A program made the position numbers and the translations under genes. DNA of 64,000 bases from Haliotis rufescens. Its lineage: Eukaryota. A model generated the notes under the pieces. The model was not told the origin of the DNA, did not search any database, and saw only the letters and a list, made by a program, of their open reading frames with translations. This document shows, piece by piece, positions 12,633-24,229 of the stretch. The first letter of the stretch is position 1; each line of letters opens with the position of its first letter. Where the stretch lies: contig NW_025963791.1 in NCBI RefSeq assembly GCF_023055435.1, positions 37,572,001 through 37,636,000 on the forward strand. The letters are read 5' to 3'.

Positions 12633-13774
12633 CTGGCAGGCATCAGCACCGCCTGCATCAAAACCGGCACAAAGCATGTTGCTGTCGTAGTAGCTGTTGG
12701 AACCCAGTTGGTCTCTGCATGTCTGGTGGGTGAGAATAGGCTTATTCACAACCTGAAGCTTGTCTGGTGATGAACCGCCGGTAATTTAAACAGAAGTACA
12801 TGTCACCTGAATCGAAACAAAATTAAAGTCGTCGTGCGTGCCTGAGTGAGTGAGTGAGTTTACGCTGCTTTCAGCAATATCACACGGCCAAGAATGGCGT
12901 ACACATTGTATCCATTTAGGAGAAAACCCGCGACTTCGATATCTCTCGTTATTTCTGCGAGTAACCAAACGTGCAGCTGCAACAACAATGTCGGCTTTAA
13001 ATCATTTGAAAGTTATAGTGAATATAAAGTCAAATGCCGCTAATTCGCTCCTTGGTTGGTTAGCAACCGTACCACTGTAAACATCTACGATCTGGGGAAA
13101 CTTTTGGCTTTCCTTCCTAAGGGCTTGGGGCGGTCGGGTAGCTTAGTGGTTGAAGCGTTCGCTCGTCACGCCGAACACCCGGGTTCGATTCTCGACATGG
13201 GTTCAATGTGTGAAGCCCATTTCTCGGCTGATGTTGCTGGAATATTGCTAAAAGCAGCGTAAAACCATAATCACTCACTCCTCAGGGATGACACGCTGTT
13301 CAAAGTGACGTAAAACGAAACTCACCCGATCACTAATCTAGTCAAAAAGATTAAAACATTTGGAGATTAACAAGACATTTTACGGAGTCACATCCACCAT
13401 CTATTCGTAGACGTCCTGGAAGCCTTTCTGTGCTTTGTGATTAATATAAAGGAACTTTCACAAACGGGAAATGGACTAAGTTTGAATGACTTTTGATCAG
13501 ATCCATACCCTCTGTGAGGGCGCCCCAGCCGCTGACGAAGGAATTTTCCCCAGGACTTATGTCACCAATCGGGAAACATCCAGGCCTCACGTAGTCTTTG
13601 GTAGTTGGGTTGGAGGCCAACCGCTGCAGGGAAATGTCCCAGCTCAACGTGTTCGAGCTGTAGGAAGGGCTGTGGATGACCTGATCTACACCAATGTGCT
13701 GCATTGTGCTGGTCTCAGTGGCAGAAAGGTCATGGCGCCCAAGACGCATTTCCCATTGGTTGGCATTGGTGTTC
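12633..13774 (-). pseudogene. Partial duplicate of protease A (exons 4 and 5 only)
   Basis: Exon 4 copy at 13774-13509 (266 nt) and exon 5 copy at 12778-12633 (146 nt) are near-identical to protease A. The exon 5 acceptor reads CG instead of AG. I found no exons 1-3 or 6-7 nearby. Confidence 0.8.
13127..13281 (+). mobile_element. tRNA-derived SINE, family A
   Basis: A-box (TAGCTTAGTGG), B-box (GGGTTCGATTC) and GCTGGAATATTGCTAAAAGC..ACTCACTC tail. Confidence 0.75.
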
Positions 13775-13999
13775 CTGCATGAACATGGAGTAGCATTAGT
13801 ATATGTCTTTACTTTCTGATACAGACCCTGAAACAAAAGTGTCCAAAAACAAATTCCAGTCAATGAAAGAAGAGATTCTACGATGTCCTCTCTATTACAT
13901 GTTATAAGACAAAATGTAATTTTAGAATATGTTCATTTCAGAAGAATAAAGTGTTAAGCATTATCTACTTACAGATAACTACAGTCCATCTTGAATCAG

Positions 14000-14345
14000 A
14001 CATATTCCCCCTCAAAGCATATGACATTCCCTTTCGAAGGCCATGTTACCGCTTTCTGAATACCACTCTTGCTCAGAAGTTGTTTGATCAAGGATACAAC
14101 ATTCAAGACTTCAGTAAAGCTTTCAAAAAGTTTTATTGTAGACATGTGTTTTTCCAGGTGAACAATTGACTTGCCTTTGCATGTGTTTATGATGGGTGCC
14201 AACAGTGGGGCAGGATACGCTCACCTGTTCGCGAACACCTAGTATCATCACTTTTTGATTGTAACTCATAAACACATGCTCATGACATAGTCGGAATCGC
14301 TTTACGCAGATATTGGATATGGAAAGAGTTTTGTCGCTTTATTTA
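14000..14345 (+). mobile_element. Penelope-like element 3' relic
   Basis: Homologous (inverted) to 55450-55745, which adjoins a Penelope-type RT fragment. Related pieces lie at 9030-9130, 40900-41075 and 46080-46250. Confidence 0.5.
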
Positions 14346-17176
14346 TATCCCCTCACACCATTATTCATCTCTGTTGTCCCAAGTACACCACAATATTCCT
14401 CAATCTGCACCTGCAACACTTTACAGTTGATTTCCTTACCTTGCAACAAGAATACACAACCATACTTCTCTACAACTGTAGTCAGCACTGACTGTTATAT
14501 CCCTTTCTACTTCCCTTACAAGTACTCATTCAGCTTGATTATGTAAGAGGACAATTCCACCTACAATATCCTCATGTTATGAATTCCCCCCTTAAACGGC
14601 AAATACTTCAATATATCTTGAATTGACATTTGAACTACTGCAGTAATATTGAATTTGAAATCGTTGAAACACCATCGCTGTACAATAGATATGGTTGTAA
14701 CAGTACTGTAACAATATTGCGCTAGCAGGTTGAGTACCACAATGTTGATGTCTGGCAGTTTTCGACAAATGGCATGCCCTAACATGAAGGGCAAAATAGC
14801 TGTGAAAAATATATCCTGATCAGCGCTCTATCCTCTTCTAAAGATCTTATTTAGAAATACACTCTCATATCTGAATCACTCACTGTGTGTTAACAGGGCA
14901 TAAGTGTTAGGCTTTTACTTTATAGCTTGTTTTATGGATTTTCCAAAACCTGTCGAATCAAAACATTTTGTTCTTGTCAAATATAATGCTTGAGTTATCT
15001 CGGTTAACGTAATGCCGGTGATTTGATTGCAAGAAAAACAAAAGATGACGTGCTTTTGTCCATAGCAAGTCAACGGTTTGTCTCTCAAATATTTAAAATC
15101 TTGTTTACCACAATAAGTTATCAGAGTCGGTACAAATATAATTTGACTTCTCACTGGCGGTGACTACGATGAGGTTACAAAGGTATTAAAAATTAAAAAG
15201 GTATTTTATGTAAAGTGAAAGTTCTGATTGACAATTAATTTGTCCTGGTTCACGGAACCCAGCTGTAGGTTGTCAGCGGCTTTTGCAGTATCGATTCCGA
15301 TCAGAAGGTATCGTTTGGCTTATCTGATATCTACACCCATCTGCCCAGTTCTCATGGATATAGAATGTCTGCAAAAATGTCACGTCAGGGAAATTTTTAA
15401 TATCTATGGTAGATCGATTATGACTGATTTTCACTATACTTTTTAAACATTGCCTATAAGGGGAATATAATTATTGAGATAATATTTAAGACCTAAAGTA
15501 GCACCTAGCCTAAAACGCTACAATGGATTTCTTATGCGCTTGTCAGTATGTCGCCAAAAAAAACAAAAAAACATTTCATCGAGCTAACATTGTGTATTGT
15601 GTTTTTGCTACCAATAGCCAATACCAAAACCACTTGTAACATGGTCGCTGGGGTTGTTAGAGTTGAGAATTCCTCCTTAAATGCACCCTGGGAGAATAAG
15701 AATTATATTCTTTCTGGAACACTTGTTTTCAGGTTTGAAACCCAAACTTTCCAAATCTGTAAAGAACAATGTAATGTTCTTTTTATCTTATATACTTGTC
15801 TATTCTCCAAACTGTATAGTATTATAAACTAAGGGGGGAAATATAATACATGGAGTGTTTTTTAATAAATGGATATTCAAAGAACTCTGGTTAAATTTGA
15901 GTAAGTCTATTTTAACCATCAACAGTTTGTAAATAAGTAACCTTTGGCTGGGTAATTTTGTGTAAAACTTAATTGGTTCAATGAAAACTCGGGTAAGAAA
16001 TGAATGTGCATCCACATGACCCCTAAGGTGTCTGGAATGTTTTAAATGTTTGCCGAAAACAACAACGATAAAAAGATTGTCAAAGGTACGTTATCTAACA
16101 TATCCATCACCAGTTGGGAATTGTGAGAATTTTTTAAAAATATTTAAAAGTTTTAAATCAAATTGTATTTTATAAAAATAAAACCATGTAGAAGTATTAT
16201 TTGAGTGCTGACAGCGCTAGTACTGTACAGTTCAGTTGATGATATCGCTAACTTAAGATATTTTCAATTATAAATCAAACATATAACATCAGCTGAGAGG
16301 TATAATTTCGTTTGCTGATCAGTTTGAAAACAACAATTATATTTTGTTTTGGCCTGAAATATTTATATTCTACAATATGTATGGTATTATATTTTAACAT
16401 ATGCGTGTTTTCCTCCTCTTAATAAGGATTGCATTCTACAGATCCAACAAATAGAGACTCAACGTGCCACAGGTTGTTCACAATTCAACACCAATTAACA
16501 TGGTTATAGTACTAGTGTTGGCAAACCAACGAGTATAATCGGGGCGAATATTGGAAGTGTAGGGGGACGCAACTCTGTACAGCGAGTAGCTCAGTCTTGG
16601 ACACCCTGATTCCCCTTATCTAACGTTGAGAGATAATAGAATTAATGCTGTTTTTTAATCCCGAACTTCATGCACTCTAGACTCAAAGTAGAAGTATTAC
16701 CACGCAAACGCGGCGGGAATGAGGTCAGATATTGGGCACACTAAACCTGAGACTGATTACAGACAGGTGTGTCAACTCTTACATTGTGACCACTGGGTCA
16801 GTGACGAGAACAAAGGCCCATTTTTACATTTATTGGGTTACCAAGTTTTTAGATAAATCGTTGAGTTTGTGGTCGAATATAAAGGTTAACTTAACTTTGA
16901 CTAATAAAATGTATTCTTAAAAAAGTACTGGTTTGGAGGGTGGGTTGGTGGTTGTTGGGATTAGGTGGTTGTGGTGGGGAGGTGTCATAATTTTAAAATC
17001 GAAATAAATTTATAGTTTAGGAAAGATGACAAGACATAGGGTTATTTTCCCTACTCTTTGCAAAATCCGAACTCAACGGGAACTAAATATGACATTTCAC
17101 ACCAAAAAAAAATGACATCCGTCAAATCAAAACACCATACGTCTACAATTGCTTTACAGAGGCTTTGACTGTTGTG

Positions 17177-17473
17177 GCCCGTGAAGATTCGAGTTAGAAT
17201 AGGTCTTCAGCAACCCATGCTTGCCGTAAAAGGCGACTATGCTTGTCGTAAGAGGCGACTAAGGGGATCGGGTGGTCAGGCTCGCTGATTTGGTTTGATG
17301 GTGGTCAGGCACCAATATTCGATCTAAATGACGGCGGTCTGTAAATAATCGAGTCTGGACCAGACAATGCATTGATTGACATCATGAGCATCAATCAACT
17401 CAATTGGGATCGATGAGTTGCATCAACCAAGTCAGCGAGCCTGACCACCCGATCCCGTTAGTCGCCTCTTACG
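17177..17473. mobile_element. SINE family B chimera: 5' part forward (17177-17290) joined to 3' part inverted (17318-17473)
   Basis: CGTAAGAGGCGACTAA..GGGATCGGGTGGTCAGGCTCGCTGA appears forward, and its reverse complement appears at 17431-17473. Confidence 0.75.
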
Positions 17474-18315
17474 AGTTTGTTTATTGAATTGCCTGACGTC
17501 GCACAGTATTAATAAATCCTTCTGAAGACGGAACGTTTTGTTGGAATTTGAACGTCACCGCGGGTTTAGTTTTTGTAACTTGGAATTATTTGGACAATTA
17601 ATGTACCATACTATTTATTAATCGACATGATTTTGTCAATGATATTTCCATTTAAATCAAATAAATTTTCCACACAGTAGTCACTTGTAAAGAGCTTCAA
17701 GGTTTGTTTACCTGATAATTGGAGAAGCAATTACAGAAAGTCAATGACACTTGGTACACGACATCTTCAGGGCCTGGGCTTAAACTGTATGTCTTTAATG
17801 ATCTCAAGGTCACTTGATTGAAACGTGTTTTATGAAAACACTTTTGAATTTGGTACAAGATTTGCTTGACCTTCACCTTACATGCGATTCTATGTTGGTG
17901 TGCAAGCAAGCACTTATTTTGAAAAAAGTCAACTCTGTCTTCATCTGACCTAACATTTGTCCAGACTGAATCACATACATGCCTTAAACAGAGAGCGTTC
18001 GGTTGGATTGCTAAAGTTCCTGTCACAGTGAAGCAAATCATATAAATTTAGTTAAATAATGCTATTCCCCCCCAGTGCCAAGTGTCACATGTGCCCCACT
18101 GTCATGTCATGTTATGAGATTTGTAAATGTCGGTTGAAAGTCCGCGCATGGTGCTGGCATACTCATGAACATCACAAAATTATTTGGTATAGAAGCTCAT
18201 TTGAGCTACCAGTTTCACAACTCCGAGGAACCAGCGCCGCAACCATGAACTACCAGTACCATAACACTGAGCTATCGATGTCATTACTCAGAGCTACTAG
18301 CGCCACCCACCCTTG

Positions 18316-18548
18316 AAGATATGGGGTAGGACAGGTCCTCAGCAACCCATGCTTGTCCTAAGAGGCGACTAACGGCTCGCTGACTTTGTTGATGCATGTC
18401 ATCGATCCCAATTGCGTGGGTCGATGCTCATGATATCAATCACTGGATTGTCTGGTCCAGACTCGATTATTTACAGACCGCCGTCATATACATGTAGCTG
18501 GAATATTGCTGAGTGCGGCGTTAAACAACAAACAAACCAGCAAACAAA
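18316..18548 (+). mobile_element. SINE family B
   Basis: CAGCAACCCATGCTTG..AGAGGCGACTAA core and GCTGGAATATTGCTGAGTGCGGCGTTAAACAAC tail, shared with the copies at 23707, 54890 and 61548. Confidence 0.75.
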
Positions 18549-18564
18549 CGCCACACTTCTTTAA

Positions 18565-20074
18565 GAACGTCCAAAAGAAACTTTACCAACTGAAAATATA
18601 AATTTCAGACAAAGTATAATTTTTTTTTCGATGAAGTCTATCTAAAACACATAACCTAAATACAACAATAGTGTATGCAGAAAATGTTAATCGTCTGTTA
18701 CATGTTTTGAGAGATAACACGCGAAAAAGTGAAAAACACGTGCACCACGGGCAACTGCAAATCCACGTGCGGGTAAGGGTATAAAACGATTGCAACGGCA
18801 ATTCAGACATCCACAGTGATAAAAAAAACCACGAAAGAAATGCCACGACTCACAGTCGAACAACCTGAACGAGCCTTGGGTATGGTACAGATGGGAGCCA
18901 CCCACGCCAATATTGCACGAACCTTTGGTTGCTCCCGTGTTGCCGTTACCAACGTGATGCAACGTTACAGACAGACATCGCGGACCCAGGGTGACCACGC
19001 CCTATGATGACCGTAACTTGCGTACCTTGCACCTCCGAAATCGCTTCCTGACAGTGACGTCATCGGCGACAAATGCCTTAGGTCACAGGGTTAGTCGACG
19101 GACAGTGGCCAGGAGACTCATGGCTCATGGAATCAGGGCTTTTAGACCATACAGAGGACAGCTATTGACAGCGCAACATCGTCGTCTGCGATGATGATGG
19201 GCCTGGACTGTACGACGTTGACAACGACGTGACTTGCAGAGGGTTGTCTTCACTGACGAAAGTCGATTCTGTATGTTTAGGGCTGATGGAAGACGACGTG
19301 TTTACCGCCGAAGGGAGTGTTGCGTGTTGCGTGCAGGAGGTCGTACCATATGGTGGAGGGAGTGTAATGGTGTGGGGAGGGATCTGTGGGCAGGAGAGGA
19401 CACCGCTGGTCATCGTTGACGGAAACTTGACTGCTCAGCGTTACATGGATAACATTCTTCGTCCAGTTTTCCCACCATTTCTCCAACAGCAGCCACTTGG
19501 TGTCATTTATCAGCATAACAACGCTAGAGCCCATACAGCAAGATTTGTCACCAACTTCCTAGCAGCCAACAACGTCAACGTCCTGCCGTGGCCTGCACGC
19601 TCACCCGACATGTCCCCCATAGAACACCTCTGGGACTTGATGGATCGTCGTGTTCGACAACGACCACACTCTCCAGCCAACCGGCAAGAACTGATCTTGG
19701 CCCTCCAAGATGTATGGCGTCAAATCCCACGTGACCTCATCAGACGACTGACTTTTTCTGTGCGTCGAAGAGTTTTTGCGTGCATTGAGGCATTTGGTGG
19801 TCACACACGCTACTAATGACTTGTTATTGAACGTGAGCGATTGTTTATGTACTCTGCCTATTGTCCATGATTCTGACAGCTCGAGTTTTGTATCACACCC
19901 AACTTTTGGGGGCTCTGACGTCATTCTCGGTCGCGGTATGATTGTCATTTTCAGTGTTGATCATGTTAATATATTGATCTTCTCAATACACTTTACTTCA
20001 TGCATGTATGTTTTGTTGTTTTTTAGCAAGAGTGATTTCCAACTCTGGTAAAGTTTCTATTGGACGTCAGTTTA
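18565..20074 (+). mobile_element. Tc1-like DNA transposon, inactivated
   Basis: TIRs ACGTCCAAAAGAAACTTTACCA and TGGTAAAGTTTCTATTGGACGT. The transposase (18840-19816) has HTH, FTDESRF, QHNNARAH (second catalytic D reads N) and SPDMSPIE, with frameshifts and stops. Confidence 0.9.
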
Positions 20075-20100
20075 CATACAGAACACTTCATGGCTACGTC

Positions 20101-20355
20101 GGGGGCACGGGTGGCGATTCGCTGTGCAGAGTTGCGTCCCTTGGGCACACCAGAAACCTATGATTGTGGGTTCAAATCCCGGTTCGCCCCGATTATGTTT
20201 CTAGGTTTGTCAGCACCATACCCGTGCTCTTTGGTTTCACCGAAGTGGTAAACGTCTGAGACCTGCATCTCTTCGGGCTTTCCTCCGAAATTAAGCTGAC
20301 ACGCCGTGATATAACTGGAATACTGTTAAAAGCGGCGTTAAACCGAACTCACTCA
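20101..20355 (+). mobile_element. tRNA-derived SINE, family C, with target-site duplication
   Basis: Flanked by CATGGCTAC at 20089 and 20354. B-box GGGTTCAAATCC. Confidence 0.75.
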
Positions 20356-20786
20356 TGGCTACTTCGTGTACCTTCATCAGGAGAAGAATGAAACATTGTG
20401 CATGTATAATAAATGCCAGTAAAGACACATAGCGCGTTTTTAGTTCAGAATATTTCAGGATACTTTAAAGTCAATATTTTCCTAAGCAGCATTAACACGG
20501 TACAACTAGTTGGTACAACTTGTACCGGGTGAATACCCCTTTAATTACATGTAGTTGGTCGTATTACAAAATCTTAGTAGTATATTTGGCCGATTCGTTT
20601 TTGCATAGATGTAACTGACAAAGGGAGCATTTACCAGGAGTAGTTGTTTTATTTAGGACCACATCAAGTCGACTAAAATGTTAATAAGGAGGCAGCTATG
20701 ATACCTGTAGATACTATTCTACCATAAAATGGGCTGAATCCAGTGCTTCATTTGTACCCTATTATCGTACACATCATAATTGATTC

Positions 20787-20916
20787 NNNNNNNNNNNNNN
20801 NNNNNNNNNNNNNNNNNNNNNNNNNNNNNNNNNNNNNNNNNNNNNNNNNNNNNNNNNNNNNNNNNNNNNNNNNNNNNNNNNNNNNNNNNNNNNNNNNNNN
20901 NNNNNNNNNNNNNNNN
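20787..20916. other. Assembly gap (N run), followed by (TA)n/(TC)n microsatellite to ~20998
   Basis: Directly visible. Confidence 0.99.
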
Positions 20917-20962
20917 TAGGCATATATATATATATACTCTTCTCTCTCTCTCTCTCTATATA

Positions 20963-20999
<37 letters not shown>

Positions 21000-21246
21000 T
21001 GGCCTCCGCGGTGATTAGGCCGTCAAATATGCTGTTTTTTAATCAGAGATGGTTATTTTGATTTTAAACCTTATTTTAGTATTTTAGTATTACGTGACAA
21101 ACTGATGAGGTGCATATATATATCACAACCCCTGACCTGCTGTGTAACCTAATTTGATAGATGCCCATGACATACCCACGCAATGAAGGCATGGACTTAC
21201 AGATAACCCATACTGTTTCGTACTTTTTTTCTTTACGGTTAAGATT

Positions 21247-21407
21247 GGGCTGGGGTAGCCTAATGGGTAAAACGTTCGTTCGTCACGCAGAAGACCTGGG
21301 TTCGATTCCCATAATTGGTACAATGTGTGAAGCTCATTTCTGGTGTCCCCGCCGTGATATTTTTGCTGGAATGTTAAAAGCGGCGTAAATACACAACTAA
21401 CTCACTC
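21247..21407 (+). mobile_element. tRNA-derived SINE, family A
   Basis: Same family as 13127. Flanked by ACGGTTAAG direct repeats. Confidence 0.75.
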
Positions 21408-21487
21408 TTAACGGTTAAGGTATTCTACTAAAGTTATTTTAAAGTGCACTCATCCTTCAGTTATAACCAACTACTTAAATTGAAATA

Positions 21488-21653
21488 CGGTTAACTACGG
21501 TTATATCGAACTCAAAGGGACCACTACTTTTAGTTCGTTGTAACCGTAGTTCGTTATAAGCATATAATCAAGAAAATTGACGGGACCAAAATACAGTTCG
21601 TTATATCAGTCAGTTCGTTATAAGCGTGTTTGTCATAAACGAAGTTTACTGTA
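21488..21653. mobile_element. Possible MITE of Tc1/pogo type
   Basis: Internal GTTCGTTATA repeats and an AGTTTACTGTA right end. The left terminus is degraded. Confidence 0.35.
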
Positions 21654-22210
21654 GTTTGAAAAATATGGATTCAGATATGGCTTTCATGACGTTGACATGT
21701 ATACTTCCATAGGTATTGCACCCAGTGTAAATCAAAAGTATCAATATGTAGTAAACAATAATACGGGTTGCGGCAGATAAACTTTATTCACACCCGTGTT
21801 GCTTTCAGATTACGTTCTGGTTGATGTTGATATAATATATCCACCTTTAGCAATGAAGGCACCAGGTTGCGTTATCTGTGATAATCCCGAGATGACCTCT
21901 TGTACAAAAATACATGGCACCAACTGTTTGTCACCCATCCCACCAATCCCTGTAGACACTGTTGTTATTTGGTGACAAAGACGTGAGATCGTCATGCCAA
22001 GAGACATGTGTTCTAGTTGTATGGACACTGGTCTTCTGGTATCTCTCGGTGAAAGTTTTGGGAGCGGCGTTATAAGACAGGAGTATTGCTGTGCGGCGAT
22101 AGGAAAGAAAAAATACAAAATTTAGTTTGTCATATAAATTGTATTTATTTGTTTGTTTTGTAACTCCGTACTCGGTAATATTCCAGCATTATGACGGCCG
22201 ACGGTCTTTA

Positions 22211-22420
22211 GGTGAGGTGAGGTGAAATTGGGTTTAACGTCGCGTCCAAGATTATAGCACTTATATAGCGGTGTGCATGCACGTGTGTGTGTGTGGCTGC
22301 TTGTACTAGTCCGGACTGATGCCGATTTATAGTGCTAACACATGATACCATGCCGCAGTTTAACATGAATAACCCCACTCAGACACAGTATACCGGTAGG
22401 ACAGGACATGGTTACCCTTT
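22211..22420 (-). mobile_element. SINE family D, 3' part
   Basis: Similar to 30542-30850 (GGTGAGGTGAAAT..TTGTACTAGTCCGGAC..CCCCACTCAGACACAGTATA). Confidence 0.65.
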
Positions 22421-23706
22421 TCGAGAACAACGCGTTTCATCTATAATTTTCAGTGATCCATTTACATAAGTTTACGGCTATTTTGCCTTTTCCGCCAAAT
22501 GGAATCTGTTTGGTTGGATAATTCTTCTCTAGCGTAGTTTTAGATCTTATATAATATTAAACACTGTTTTGCCTCGTCCAGTCTCAGTGTTTTACAGGCC
22601 GTCGTGAACCAGCTTAAATATTGTATACTGAGGCATATAAAAAACAAACAAACATATAGGGTTACCTACATGAGTTAAGCATGCGCAGCGAACATCATCT
22701 CTTCATCTGCTCATGCCACTGGTATCTACTAAAACCGATGCCATTTCAGGCCTTCTGCTGATACAACCCTTAAATGAAGCTTATGACTTGCAAAATTTGA
22801 AAATGCCTACGTCATCTTAACATTGCTTAATATCTGGTTTGAGTTCTGAGCCAGCTGCACAATGACCTTGATCTTCACATTGCGCAACAGGTAGGCAAAT
22901 ATAAAACAACAACGCCGAATGATCCCGATTATCTGCCGAAAATAGATTTCATTTGGCGTCGTCCCAGGACAAAGGGGTAGATGTTTTTATTATTTCATCT
23001 ATTTATTATATCCCCTGTCCGATGATAAATAGTTAACATTTTGGAATAGAAATATAATGCGCTGTATAATCGAGGATGTTCTTTTTGCAGCATCTTCTCC
23101 AAAAAATGTAAAAAAATTGCTGGGAAAAGAAAGTATACACTTGAAAATTGGATTAGGCCAAATCGTTACTTGGCTGAAATTAGTCAGCGAAACATTGCAA
23201 ACTTAAGGTCCAAAACACAACTGTGAAACCCGTTTCAAATCCATTCTGATCGAATAACCTTTTCTTGAATTGTTTGATAAGCATTATTTTGACGGATGAC
23301 AAAGTGGAGACAATTTATGGATAACAACTTCATTATTTACTGTAAAGCCTTGACAGTAAATAAATAAGTTGTTATCCAAAAATTGTCTATACTTTGTAAC
23401 CTTTTCTTGTTTGTTTCATTATCAGCCGCCATGAAACATGGGCGTATACGTTCTTTTGCCCTGCTGTTTATAATGTCCAAAGCTCGAGGCAGTTGGCTCT
23501 CCACACAGGTAAATGTAAGACATAATGTCGATAAGAGAGATATCGTTTCTCTGCGGGTCATGCAAGTCAATTTTTTTTAAACAGCTCACAAGGATTTTAC
23601 AAACATATTTCATAAAATGTTGAAATTAGTGTAGATTTTCTTTTCTAGAAGCGATCACGAACACTTACGAACAAGATCAGTTTCCAAGAGTTTCCCAGCT
23701 ATTTGT

Positions 23707-23975
23707 GACCCGTGAAGATTCCGGGGTAGAATAGGTCTTCAGCAACCCATGCTTGCCGTAAAAGGTGACTATGCTTGTCGGAAGGGCGACTAACGGGATA
23801 GGGTGGTCAGGCTCGCTGACTTGGTTGATGCAAGTCATCGATCCCAATTGCGTGGATCGATGCTCATGATATCAATCACTGGATTGTCTGGTAAAGACTC
23901 GATTATTTACAGACCGCCGTCATATAGCTGGAATATTGCTGAGTGCGGCGTTAAACAACAAACCAACCAACCAAC
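23707..23975 (+). mobile_element. SINE family B, full length
   Basis: Complete copy flanked by CCCAGCTATTTGT direct repeats (about 23694 and 23975). Confidence 0.85.
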
Positions 23976-24229
23976 CCAGCTATTTGTATTCCAAACGTTT
24001 CCAAAAGGACTTCCAAGAATTAAACTATAATGGTTTGTCCAGTGTATGGTATAACCATATTATTGATGGGTATGCACATAAAATTTCTACATGTCGACGT
24101 GATGTATAATCATGGATGTACACACATACGAATCTCTGAGCATACCAAAAACGCACCAAACCAAACGCACCATAATGTAAAGAGCATGTTGTGCAAAAGC
24201 GCTAAGCAGAGAGATAATGGCGCGTGACA

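Noticed and set aside
12777-12792. GCCGGTAATTTAAACA shared with about 37815-37830 and 28766-28780
   Set aside because: Only about 16 bp with no extension. It cannot be distinguished from chance without a genome-wide count.
13127-13205. tRNA genes at SINE heads
   Set aside because: A and B boxes are present, but each runs into a SINE body and I could not build a full cloverleaf.
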